Source: Felis catus
Taxonomy: Eukaryota
NCBI RefSeq assembly: GCF_018350175.1
Contig: NC_058368.1
Coordinates: 55,182,001-55,246,000, forward strand
DNA length: 64,000 bases
Direction of reading: 5' to 3'
This document shows, in pieces, positions 52,454 through 64,000 of the stretch. A model generated the notes under the pieces. The model was not told where the DNA came from and made no database searches. It worked only from the letters and a program-made list of their open reading frames with translations. Within the stretch, counting starts at the first letter, position 1, and each line of letters begins with the position of its first letter. A program made the translations under genes and the position numbers.

Positions 52454-54110
52454 GCACATAGGTGGGAGAGGGGAGAGAGACAGAGATAGACACTGACAGA
52501 CGGAGAGAAATCTATCTTCCTCTGATGAAGAACTAAAAATCAAAATTCGGAGCAATCACAGTCATTGGAGCATTAGTGGAAAATCTTCCAAGTCAGTGGG
52601 AATCCTAAAATCTGTGCGCAAAATCTGCCCAAATCTTTGGGCTATGCCCTGAATCATACATACTTTCATCAATGTAGCTAAACATATAGGAGCTGAATAA
52701 AGGTTGAGCTGCCACACAAGAGACCGGGTTGGCAGTTGATTTCAACTGGGTTGATTGCTTAATAATAGAATCAATAATTTTCAGAAGAGTAATGCTGAAC
52801 TGGAGTTTCACAGTATAACATTTACAATATCCAGGATAAAATAAAAATTATTCAATATAACAAAAAGAAAGAAAAATATTATAGTTTCTCAAAATAAAAA
52901 TAATGAACAGAGAATAGCCAAGATAACCAGATGTTAAAATTAGCAAAAGAAAGAAAAGTATTACAGTTCCTCAAAAGAAAAATAATTAACAGAGAATAAC
53001 CCCAAGATGACCAGATGTTAAAATTAGCAAATATGAATTTTAAGATAGATACCATTGCTATGGTCAATAACATAAGAAAAACATACTTCCAGTGATAGAA
53101 AAGATAGAAAGGTAAATGATAAAACAAATACCAAAACTTAAAGAATACACATAGACTAATAATAAAAAAAAACACTCACTTAAATAAATTTATTCAGAGT
53201 AGTGATCTAGTGAACATAATAAATGCAGTGAAATTGAAAATAAATGAACTAAAATCATCTAAGCTGAAGAAGAGAAAGAGAAAACAATGATTGAAATGAA
53301 GCTAATCTTTGGGAAAGCATATATACGTGCATTCCAAGTCCCAGACAAGAGGAGAGTAATAAAGGGAGAGGAAAAATATCTAAAGAAATGATGACCAAAA
53401 CATCCAAAATTTGATGAAGGATATAAACTTTCAGAATCAACAAGTTCAGCAAACCCAAAGCAATATGAATAAAATATCAACTATGCCTTGGCACAAAAAT
53501 TAAACCAATTTTTAATTGAAAACAAAGAAAGAAAATCTTGAAAATGCAAGGAGAAAATACCATAGATCATAGAGGGGAACACAAATTCATATCATCAATG
53601 CATTTTCATCTAAAACTATGGAGGCAAGAAGATATTGAACTGAACTCCTTAAAGTGCTGAGAGAAAAAGCTGTCAACCTATATAAGTCTATATCCAGCAA
53701 AAACATTTTTTAAGCATAAAGTGAAATACATACATTTCTAGATAAACTAAGTTGAGAGTGGTTAACAGATTTCTAGCAAGGTATTAGGTCTGTGGAAAGA
53801 AATTGAGTTCATCAGAAATGAGAAGTATCTGGCAAAATATAAAATACAACAATTTTATTTTATTTATTTAGAATAAAATGGATTATTTAAAATAAAAAGT
53901 ATAATAGTTTCTTGTGGGGTTTCTCATGTATGTAGATATATTACATAAGATAACTACAGCATGAATTATAGCAGGGGGCTTAGTTAATGGACCCAGAGAG
54001 TTACATGGTTTATATATTTTATGTACTGTGGACAATATTAACTCTAAGTAGTCTATGAACAATTAAAGATAATTTTTGTCATCTCTAGATCAACTACACA
54101 CACATGCACA

Positions 54111-54158
<48 letters not shown>

Positions 54159-54225
54159 ACCCAAATAGCTGTAACATAAAAGCCAATAGATAAAATGGAA
54201 TTTTAAAGTTATTCAGATCACTTGG
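52175..54225 (+). mobile_element. Old L1M: 5' region and ORF1, with (CA)n tracts at about 52414-52451 and 54096-54158
   Basis: AACTATAAACTCTGGACAAAATAC; CAAGATGACCAGATGTTAAAATTAGCA; AAAACTATGGAGGCAAGAAGA; TCTATATCCAGCAAAAAC. Confidence 0.75.
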
Positions 54226-55112
54226 AAAACAATATAGTAATACACTTTGACATATTTTAGAATTCTTATTTGTTAATTAACCACCTAATGATTGACACTT
54301 ACATAGTAATTATATAACAAAGCTTCATTTTACAGAAACACTGATGAATATACTGGCAATGTTTGTTTGACCATTTATCATTTTCTATTTACTCAAGTTT
54401 TACATCTAAGAGTTGTATACATTTTATTGTGGGGATCATTACTATTTTATTTTACAAATGTCTTTGCAGTTGTAGAGGCCATATTTTAGTTATTCAGCCC
54501 TTTTCTTTCTTCTCTCATAAACATAAACATCTGTGTGGAGTTAAGGCTTCTTATTTTCCTTGCATGTTCTTTGCAATAATGTTACTGCATTTCTAGCTCA
54601 ATAGCTTTTACTGGTACTAAGCAGTGTGCTCAAGAGATTGGTTAGGAAAACAGATTACAGCAACCTTGGAGTACTGCAAGGTTAAGTGATTTGACCTTGG
54701 TCACAGGAAAGATAAATGACGGTACTAAGAGCAGTATCTGGCTAACATAAGGAGCTTATTTTAATCTATTCTTCAATGTTAGTTTCTAAATCAGAGATTT
54801 TGCTTTAAAAGTACAGGGAAAATAAGCAAGGGAGTGACTCAAATTAAAATTTGCATCAATTCAATTCTGCTGTCTTATTTCAATCTTCCAAAATGATACA
54901 GTTCTTCTGCAGTAATCAAATAAAATGGATTCTGGACAGTAAGTGTTTATCCAGGTGGATGTCTGAGAAACAATTATTTGAGAACCACAGCAGATTAAGC
55001 CCCGAGTTGAAAGAGTCTGAAAATTTGGTCAAGAAGCCAAGCTCAAAATTCTCTAGCACTAGAGAGAGTTAAGAACAGCTAGCACATTATTCTTAGAGTC
55101 TTTTTATTTATT

Positions 55113-55161
55113 TGTTCGTTCATTCATTCATTCATTCATTCATTCATTCATTCATTCATTC
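55113..55161. repeat. (TTCA)n microsatellite
   Basis: Visible periodicity. Confidence 0.9.
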
Positions 55162-55191
55162 TAACAAGGTAAAATTAAATTAAAAATCTGG

Positions 55192-55410
55192 GGGGCGCCT
55201 GGGTGGCTCAGTCGGTTAAGCGGCTGACTTCGGCTCAGGTCATGATCTCTCGGTCCGTGAGTTCAAGCCCCGCGTCGGGCTCTGTGCTGACAGCTCAGAG
55301 CCTGGAGCCTGTTTCAGATTCTGTGTCTCCCTCTCTCTGACCCTCCCCTGTTCATGCTCTGTCTCTCCCTGTCTCAAAAATAAATAAAACATTAAAAAAT
55401 TTTAAAAATA
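55192..55410 (+). mobile_element. CAN-SINE (fairly young)
   Basis: CpG-rich; TSD TAAAAATCTGG. Confidence 0.96.
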
Positions 55411-55989
55411 AAATAAAAATCTGGTTTCTGGAAATGAGCTGAGATGAATGGAATTTCAGAATCACAGAGAAGAGACCATTTGCTGGCCTGGAAGTGAGAA
55501 CAAAAAGAGGATAGATTGTGTTGTAGTCACTATGATAAATACTGACTACATTCATCCTTCAAGTGTGTTTTCTAAATCCACTTTGTTATCCCAAGTATAT
55601 TCACTTGGGATAAATGACACTCACCTCCATAGTCTGTCTCCAGGAGTGATTTTAAAAGAGTGATTAGTCAAAGGAATTTTCAAAAACTTTATTTTTATGT
55701 AAACATCCTAAAATATAATCATCAGTAAGAAAATAATTTCTAGACATTTTCTAAATATACATTTTACTCTAATTTTCATTTTACTCTAATACTCCATCAT
55801 TGATCTGTGCTATTTCACAGTGCATGCTTTATACTTCCCACCACAGAGGCCAAGGGAATTTGTAAATAATTTTACTGTCTTACCTAGAGGGTAGAAAAGT
55901 GACCTAGACAGGGCCAGGCAATATCTTCCCAGAGCAAGTGAAGTCAAAGGGAAGTCTTAGGTTTTCATTTCTGCAAACGGGTAGTAATG

Positions 55990-56187
55990 ATGTTCTGAAG
56001 TTAGGGTGGTATTGTGTTGGCCAGGTTGTGTCTCCTGCCTGTTTCTTTATGCTACCTTGTTTCTGTGCTTCTGCCCAATTCACTAGCCTGATTCTCTAAC
56101 TTATTTTGAGTGTTCTAATAAATTCTTTGTCTCCTTAAGATAGCCATAGTGACCCTTTATGTCTTGAAATCAAGAACTTTGATAACA
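55990..56187 (+). mobile_element. Possible ERVL LTR 3' fragment (LTR16/33-like)
   Basis: TTCTAATAAATTC...CTTAAGATAGCCA...TGAAATCAAGAAC. Confidence 0.4.
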
Positions 56188-56200
56188 ACAACAAAAAATC

Positions 56201-56400
56201 TATTTTTAATTTTTTAATGTTTATTCATTTTTGACAAAGAAACAGAGAGACAGAGCATGAGTGGGGAGGGGCAGAGAAGAGGGAGACACAGGATCCAAAG
56301 CAGTCTCTAGGCTCTGAGCTCTAAACCAAACCCATGAACTTCGAGATCATGACCTGAGCCGAAGGCAGGCACTTAACTGACTGAGTCACCCAGGCACCCC
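56201..56400 (-). mobile_element. CAN-SINE with internal deletion
   Basis: TSD AACAACAACAAA. Confidence 0.92.
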
Positions 56401-58667
56401 ACAACAACAACAAATATTCAGTCTATAAATAAGTATGAACTTTAGACTTTTCTACAACATCTGCAGATTTTAAAGGTGTGCCTATAACATTTTTCCCCAA
56501 ACCTTACTACTAGTTTTGAGTCATTTGGGCTAACCGTTATCTGTCAACTTACTTTTTATTCCTGTTTTGTGAAACAGAGAGGCATACATCTGTTTTTTCC
56601 AAGATCATCCTTTAAGTAGCCAAGGTTTTTTAGCTTCCTAATGTAGCACAAAATAAGGTAGAGATGTAGATACCTGTTATTGTGTTAATGCTTTTAGTGC
56701 CAGATGGTAAAAAAGAGACACTTTCTTCAAAAGCCAAAAAATTGAAAAGTAAGGTCTGTATAGAAGATAGAGAAAACTCCTCAACCATTTCCACATTTCT
56801 GAATCCCCTTCCAATTTCACCTTGATTAAAGCACACAGCAACTGTTGCTATCATAGGAGAACACATTTTGTTACTGTGAAGTTTTACCCTTAATTAGGAG
56901 AGGTTTATTCTTAGAGATTTCCTCCTAACTTTACTTTGCGAGCTATTTTTTACTTGTTATATTAAACTCTCCATCTTAACTTTAAATTTGTTTGATTCCC
57001 TGTCTAGCATCTAAAAATCAGAAACAAAAAATTCTTTAAAAAAGAGTTTATAAATTATCAACTAATAGTTTGATTAAAAGCACAGGAAAGTACTGCATGA
57101 GAATAGGTCATATTTATTATCTAATTTCAGGAAGGAACATGAGAATATGAGTAAGAAAAACAGTTCTGCATTAGTTTACTATGATAGATTCAAGGACCTG
57201 ATTAAAAAGCAACTCATTTTAATTTGAAATGAAATTCAACACATATCAGGCAGAAGACAATCGACATTTTAAAAGTAGTACAGGAAAACATATCAATGAC
57301 ATTTTAGAGACAATTTATCAAGTAATGCAGGCAAAGCGATGCCTTCCTCAGTACTTCCTCATCCAGATGGGTTTATTAAGGAGGATGCTAAAAATTAAGG
57401 CAAATATATTACTGATAATGATGGATGTCTTTGCACAGGAAGAAATTTTGTGAACAAAACACAAAAGTTGAAAATGGAATCTCTTTTTCGTGAATTTTCT
57501 ACTAAAATAAAATTCCACATTATTAAATTGGTAGCAACATATTTTGTAGGATACCTAGTAGTGTTTGTTATGTATGTTCTGGGAGATGTCTAACAGAAAG
57601 ATAATTCTTGTTAACTTGGGATTATAATTTATCCTTATGAAAAATGTGAACTTAAATAAGTATTCAAATATCTGAAATGTCTATATTTAATGTTTTCTTT
57701 ATATTTTAATTGCTTTGGTTGTTTTTTAAAGTATAAGCTGGAAAGCTGACATATTTGATTATTGAAACAAAATTTCAAAATGTTAAAAGAATTCCTTAAG
57801 TACCATTAATAAATATTAATGAACAGTATTTATTATGTCATAATTTATATAGATTCATTTAGAAAATTATAGATACTATTTCATTATTTCTTAATACTTA
57901 TAAATTAGAATTCATGTGATAAGTTATCCTAAAAATCTCATCTACTCTATCACTTATTAGAGAAATACCCATAATTGCTTTAAACTTTTTTTTTACTTGA
58001 AATTTTGATAAGGAGAGACCAGATCAATCCCAACAGTATTATCTAAATGAAAGTTGCATATTAAAGTTTTGAGAAATGAATAACTTTACAGCAGCATAAC
58101 TTAGGGTGAAGGTATACATAATTTTAAGGGAATATTAAAGGCAATCCCTCATGTAACTCCATCATTCTGATGCCCTTCATGGGGACATATTGGGGAATAA
58201 GAAGAAGAATAAATTCTCTTTTCACAAAGAGATTATAAGTTAGTAAAGAGGTAAAGTAAACAGATGAGGTAGTTCAATAGAAATATAAGGAACACATACC
58301 AAAGCAATTTTATGAAGGTGATTCTAAGCACACTGAAAGCCTTGAAGAAAGACACAATGAAGTGTAGGAGTCTTGAGATAAGCCAAGCTATATTGGGAAA
58401 AGCAATATAAAGAGAGGAAGCAGTTCGTTCTAGAGGAAGTTGGAAAAAAACATTAACTAGGGAGCAAATTGCATGTGATTTTCTGTGTTTTTCCCAAAAC
58501 AAAGAAAATGAGATTTAAGTGCTTTTCAAATAAAGTATGATAGAGATTTTGAGTCTCTAAGAACTCTAAGTACATAGTATATAGACGTTCTATGCAGTTA
58601 TGTTAGAGAGTTGATTAACCCTGATTCTTAGCTGTGTTAATAGAGGATGATTGAAAAAAAGTAAATC

Positions 58668-58786
58668 TAGATATACATATATTTATATACATATACAATA
58701 TACATATACATACACATACATACACATATACATACATATACATATACAATATACATATGTATATAATATACATATATACACATACA
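58668..58786. repeat. (TA/CATA)n compound repeat
   Basis: Visible periodicity. Confidence 0.85.
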
Positions 58787-59241
58787 GTGTTCAAATGGCC
58801 TCCTAATGGAGCTAGTGTACCTATAGAAAGTGAGCATTAGAAAAGCATTAAGATCACTGCTTTGTAGATTAAATCCTCAAAAAAGCAAGGTAAGTAATAA
58901 CATTAGTGTGGCTATAAATAAAATTAAGAGCATGCTTTGTACATTGGCTATAGGAATCGTATTTTTGTTTTAATTAGAGGAGTCATTTATTTTAATGTGT
59001 TCATAAAAGAAGTCATATTGCTAAGATTCAAATCACAATAAATAAGGCATAAGTAAGAACTGTATACAAGTAATTTCAGTGTTTAGTTTGTTTCGTTATC
59101 TTGTGATGTTCTAGAAAAAAAAAGAAATTTGGGTATGGATGACTCTGTTCTCCCTTCTACCGAAAGTGAAAGAAGAATCTAGCTCTGTTATGTTAGCATT
59201 ATTGCCTCTGTGGTGACATCATGAAGTGTCCACTAAAAAAA

Positions 59242-59434
59242 TTTTTCTTGTGTTTATTTTTTTAGAGAGAATGACAGAGTGTGAGTGAGAGAGAGGGAGA
59301 CACAGAACCCAAAGCAGGCTCCAGGCTCTGAGCTGTTAGCACAGAGCCTGACGTGGGGCTCAAACTCATGAAGTATGAGATCATGACCTGAGCTGAAGTT
59401 GGACACTTAATCGAGTGAGCCACCCAGGCACCCC
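59242..59434 (-). mobile_element. CAN-SINE
   Basis: TSD ATGAAGTGTCCA. Confidence 0.94.
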
Positions 59435-60229
59435 ATGAAGTGTCCATTTTAAAAGAAAAACTTTGAAAGTCAGAATTTCTCTACAAGAAAAATACAAATA
59501 AATGCAAAAAGTCCATCAAGCAACATTTTTTTTTTAATGTTAAAACCCTAGGTAGCTACACCAAAATCGATTATATTAGAAAATGTTTCAAGCTGCTGAA
59601 GAGGGCCCCCATAATGTAATCCAATGTAATTATCTTGCTTAAAACAAGCAGAATGAGAAAAAAAAATTGAAGGTAGATATATTTTAAACAGATTTAAAAA
59701 TTTTAATTTTCTCATAGGAATAAATAGGCAGAGTGAATAAATTGTCTTGTAGTATATATTTCTTCAATTAAAGAAATTAGCCTGATAATCACAGATATAT
59801 AGTACTTTTAAAGGGCATTTATAGATTTGGAATTAATTTCAGCTACGGTTTAACTGAAGCTTATTTCAGAAATTTCTAGGGCAACCTAATTTTAAACAGG
59901 CATGGGAGGGATGCACTGTCCATCTCATTACCCAGTGGGTATGAAGTAATATTCGTTAACAATTAATGAATAGACTTTTGAAGTGGAAAAATAATTTTTC
60001 AGTAACCTTTACAAAGGCCTCAGACATCCACAACCAAATGCTCACTTGATAATGACACTGTTAGGTCTCTACTAGAGAAAGACCAGTTAACTGCAAGCAG
60101 GTTCCATGCAAGTCGCTGTTCATCTCTTAACCACAGATGAGAAAGGCTGATGTAAACCAGTCAACAAATGGGCATTTATTAGGTTCTGATGCTGGAAGCA
60201 TTTTCCTTTTCTTGGCATATGGTTTCTAA

Positions 60230-60241
60230 TCTCTCTGTCTT

Positions 60242-60283
<42 letters not shown>
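60230..60283. repeat. (CT)n microsatellite
   Basis: Visible periodicity. Confidence 0.95.
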
Positions 60284-60286
<3 letters not shown>

Positions 60287-63200
60287 ATCTCCTTGCTAAG
60301 TTAGTACTATATGGTCAGAGACCTCAGTTCCTTCATAGCTACCCTTCCTTACAATGAAATTGGTTGCCGAGGGAAAGATAACAATCACCACCACAAGCCA
60401 ATAACAACAAAAATAGCTTTGCCCTAAGACTTATGTAGAACTTTTATCTGGTTTTCTTCTTTGTATTTATGTTTGGGAGAGAGTGTATTAGAACTGTAAA
60501 AGTGTGAGTTTGGAGGAAAAGGTTAAAGAAAACTCTCACTTAGGCTTACCACTAACATAAAGAAAAAGATTCTGCACAATTTACGCTAATCTGGGAAATA
60601 TATAGTGGCTTGGGAATCATCAACCATTACTAGCATCCTTACAAGTAATGACTTTTATTGTCTGTGCTTACGTCCTCTGCATATATTTTCCTTTAGAATC
60701 TAGGCCAGCAGTTAGATGCAGTCTCAGTAGCTTACTGTTTGACAATGGGATTGAGGAATTGTGATTCAGCCATCCAAAGGGGACACATGAAAACCTGTAT
60801 TTGTTGAGGCTACTGGATAGTAAAAGAGTTTAGGAGGAGCCAAGGAATTGTTTGGAAAACTATTTTCTGGGGATATTATTTTTTCTGTAAAAAATAATTG
60901 ATTTGATGGTGAGGGTTTATATTACTTCTATTGGATCCAAGTTGTGGTATTATATAACTTTCATTTGAATTTTATTGGACAATATAGCAGTATAAAATTC
61001 AGATCAGAAAAAAACTTATCAACTGACTACTGAAATATGAGCTCTTGAGATCAGATTAATTAATGTCTTGTCATGTTCCATTTAAGAAACTTCTGGTTAT
61101 AACAGAGAAGAGATATCATATGAGCCTTCATTGACCAATGTGTTGATATCATTCTTGTCAAATTAATACAAAGGCCTGGATAGAGGTGTCTGAAACTCTG
61201 TAGTTCTTTATTCCTGAAGGGTATAATAATTCAAGTTAACACTCTCCAGCTAATTATTAATAGCTTTTAAGAGATAAAGTATACTTACTTGACCTCTAGG
61301 GGGAACTCTAGGTTGATCTCAGTGACTCACTTCCTTTGATTTCATCTCCAAATACATGGACAAATAAAACTACCAAATATTAAGGATATTTATTAGACTG
61401 TAATATAGGCACAGCTTCTCTTTTTTATTCAAACTTGACATTTGGTCTCTTTGAGATTTTTTTCTCTTTTATTTGTTCATGCTGCTTGCATCAGAGGAGC
61501 CTGGGGTGATTTCACCCAGAAGTTTCTCCATCCAATGCCTAAGCCCTGGAAAGAATTTTCTTATTCAAGGTTTTCTCTGTCATTGGAATAGTCCATTGAA
61601 ATTGGGTTACAGAAAGAGTGGAAAGAAGTAAAATAAAAGTTCAGTAGTAGTAAAGGCCCTTCTATCTATATGTGTACCTTGTGGATTTTCTAAGAGGAGG
61701 CTACAGAAATGTTGGCAAGAGAAAAGGATTCAGAAATTCCTGATTTAATGTCTGAGGTGACTGTCTGTCTCTACCTTCTCAAATAAGAACAATAAAAACA
61801 AATGACATCTAGAGACAAGACTTAGCATCTGAAAGAAAAGATCCTATTTGTTTAGTTGGGTAATAAATGGTAAATGATTCAAACCAGTTCATATTTTTCG
61901 CTGTTTTCCTGATGTACCACTACCTCTTGAAAATATTGCCTTAAGCAATGGACGATGTGTGTGTTGCAAATAGTTTTTAATATATCATGAGTTTTTATCC
62001 ACAGATTGTTTAAAACACAAACTCATCACAGCACTAATGCACACAATAAAATTAAAACATTTAAATAGAGAATGACATATTAACAGTTTAACATGCTAGT
62101 AGTAATAACAGAGCAAATGCTATTTTTTATTAAAATATGGAGGGCTCAGGTTCTATTTTAAAAAAGTTCTATCAAACAACAACTCTCCACTACTTGAGGA
62201 AGATCTTCTTGCTCTGCAATACTTTGTTTACCACCCAGCAGGCAGCTTTGCTAGAGAGACACATGGAGCTGTAAGGCAATAAAGGAAGAGACAGCAGACA
62301 CATATTGCTTCATATCACAGTTGGGGGGGTATGCATATGATCTTTATTTTATTTATTTGCATAGCTCTCCAAATATATTGCTTATTGAGATATAAAAATA
62401 TTTTTAAATTGGTTAATGTGTTTTAACTTTCATACCTGTAATTCACAGGATGATTTCTAATTCACTAAATATTTGTAAAAAAAATAACAAACACAAAAAC
62501 CTTAGTTTTGCTTTTTTTGAAATAAATTTTAAAAATTGAATCAGTATTTTGTGAGCAGGAAGAGTTAGCTAGTATAATTTTAAATGAGGTCTCCATTGTT
62601 TATAAGAAGGGGCCTTCAAATATTGATTTGCCATTTATTCAACCTGTAATGCAATAGAGAGGCATAAAAGAGTAATTGAAGAATTAAATCTCCACTTCAC
62701 TTCTAATTTTCCTTCTTTTGAGGTTTGTGCCTGACCTTTTTGACTGACTATAGCTTTCATGGTTTAATCATAAGTAATTTGGCAATTCAAAGACAATAAT
62801 ATCAGACATGATATATTTTTTTTCTAAGCAATAAAATGCATTCAAAGATACCAAGGTTGAAGAGAATATAGTAAGGGGTTGGGGTTTCATCGTTATCTGG
62901 TGACAGCATGGTGAATTAAGGTGGGGCTTACTGAGATACCCTGTTGGGTCCAGACACAGCAGCTCAACTTGCTGTGATTTTTTTCATTCTCTTTTATTAG
63001 GTTTCTTATGATCAATCTTTACACTCTTTGAAACTGTTTATTGGTTGTACAAGTGTGCTACATACATATCCTGACAAAGGAGAACAGATTTAAAGGAGAC
63101 ATATATGAAAAGGGGAGGTTTCCTGGTGAATTTAAAACTGGTGCAAGCTGGCATTATATTACTAAAATTATTTTCAATAATTAGAGAAACCAGGAGAAAT

Positions 63201-63649
63201 ACCTTCCTTACTTGGATGTCTTTAAAACAAAGGTAGGATATTGAGACAATTAAAAAAAAAATAATTCCAAGTTTCTCCAGTGCTTTTCAAAACTCTTGCT
63301 AAATATACATCATCCTCTTTTACAATAATATAAAAATTTGCTTGATATTTATTAATATCACTTTCTACCTTCTCAAAAGAGACCCCATAAAAGTTATTTA
63401 GTTTCTAAAACTCAGAAACTCCTTTGCTGAATGATTAGTATCATCATTAAAGCAAATATATGCAACTTAACTATGTATAGACATTGTTTTATGTATTTTG
63501 AATGGATTATTTTATACATGTGTGTCTCCCCACCCCCCCCCACGCACAAATAAATCCCTTGAGAAAATCATTGGTACTACCTTGATTTTCCAAATAAAAT
63601 TAAGATACTTGAAGATTAGAGTTAGTAAGTGGCAGAGTTGGTTTATGAA

Positions 63650-63731
63650 CATACACCATCATGCTCTATAACCTATGCTATTAATCATTGCATACACCAT
63701 CATGCTCTATAACCTATGCTATTAATCATTG
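63650..63731. repeat. Perfect 41-bp tandem duplication
   Basis: CATACACCATCATGCTCTATAACCTATGCTATTAATCATTG twice. Confidence 0.97.
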
Positions 63732-63765
63732 TTAATATAATCTTTTGTTATCTTGTATGGAGATA

Positions 63766-64000
63766 TTTTTTGCAACAGCTTTCCTGAGCTATAATTGAGA
63801 CACTATACAATTCACTCATTTAAAGTGTACAATCCAGTTTTTTAAATTATATTCACAGAGTTGTGCAACCATCATCACAACCAAATTTAGAACATTTTTA
63901 TCATCCCAGAAAGATACCTTTCCCACTTTTGTTATCTCCCTCTAAATACCCCTTAGGCATTGGCCTAAGGCAATGCCCTTAGGCAACTGCTAATCTGCTT
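63766..64000 (-). mobile_element. L1MB-like 3' end, running off the window
   Basis: ACAGCTTTCCTGAGCTATAATT...CATTTAAAGTGTACAAT...CACAGAGTTGTGCAACCATC. Confidence 0.85.

Overview
AT-rich, repeat-dense mammalian DNA. About 24 tRNA-derived CAN-SINEs, several of the young feline SINEC_Fc type, indicate a felid genome. I found no intact protein-coding exon, so this is intergenic or deep intronic sequence, and almost all ORFs in the track are repeat-derived or chance. Other content: L1, L2 and MIR fragments, MaLR and ERV solo LTRs, hAT and Tigger DNA-transposon relics, and microsatellites. The main finding is an intronless, disabled retrocopy of the antiviral deaminase APOBEC3Z3 (A3H-like) at about 47875-48839. 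It has both UTRs, a candidate 10-bp target-site duplication (TSD), an NF-kB-type motif in its leader and an antisense 41-bp SINE-head fragment inside the coding region. Its residues look more ancestral-carnivoran than modern feline. Also notable are two related solo LTRs, one inserted inside a SINE and carrying a forkhead-motif cluster, a TSD-flanked L1 5'-end-only insertion, near-identical inverted SINE pairs and several template-switch micro-rearrangements. Repeat family names and protein comparisons come from recalled consensus sequences, not database searches. Boundaries of old repeats are approximate.
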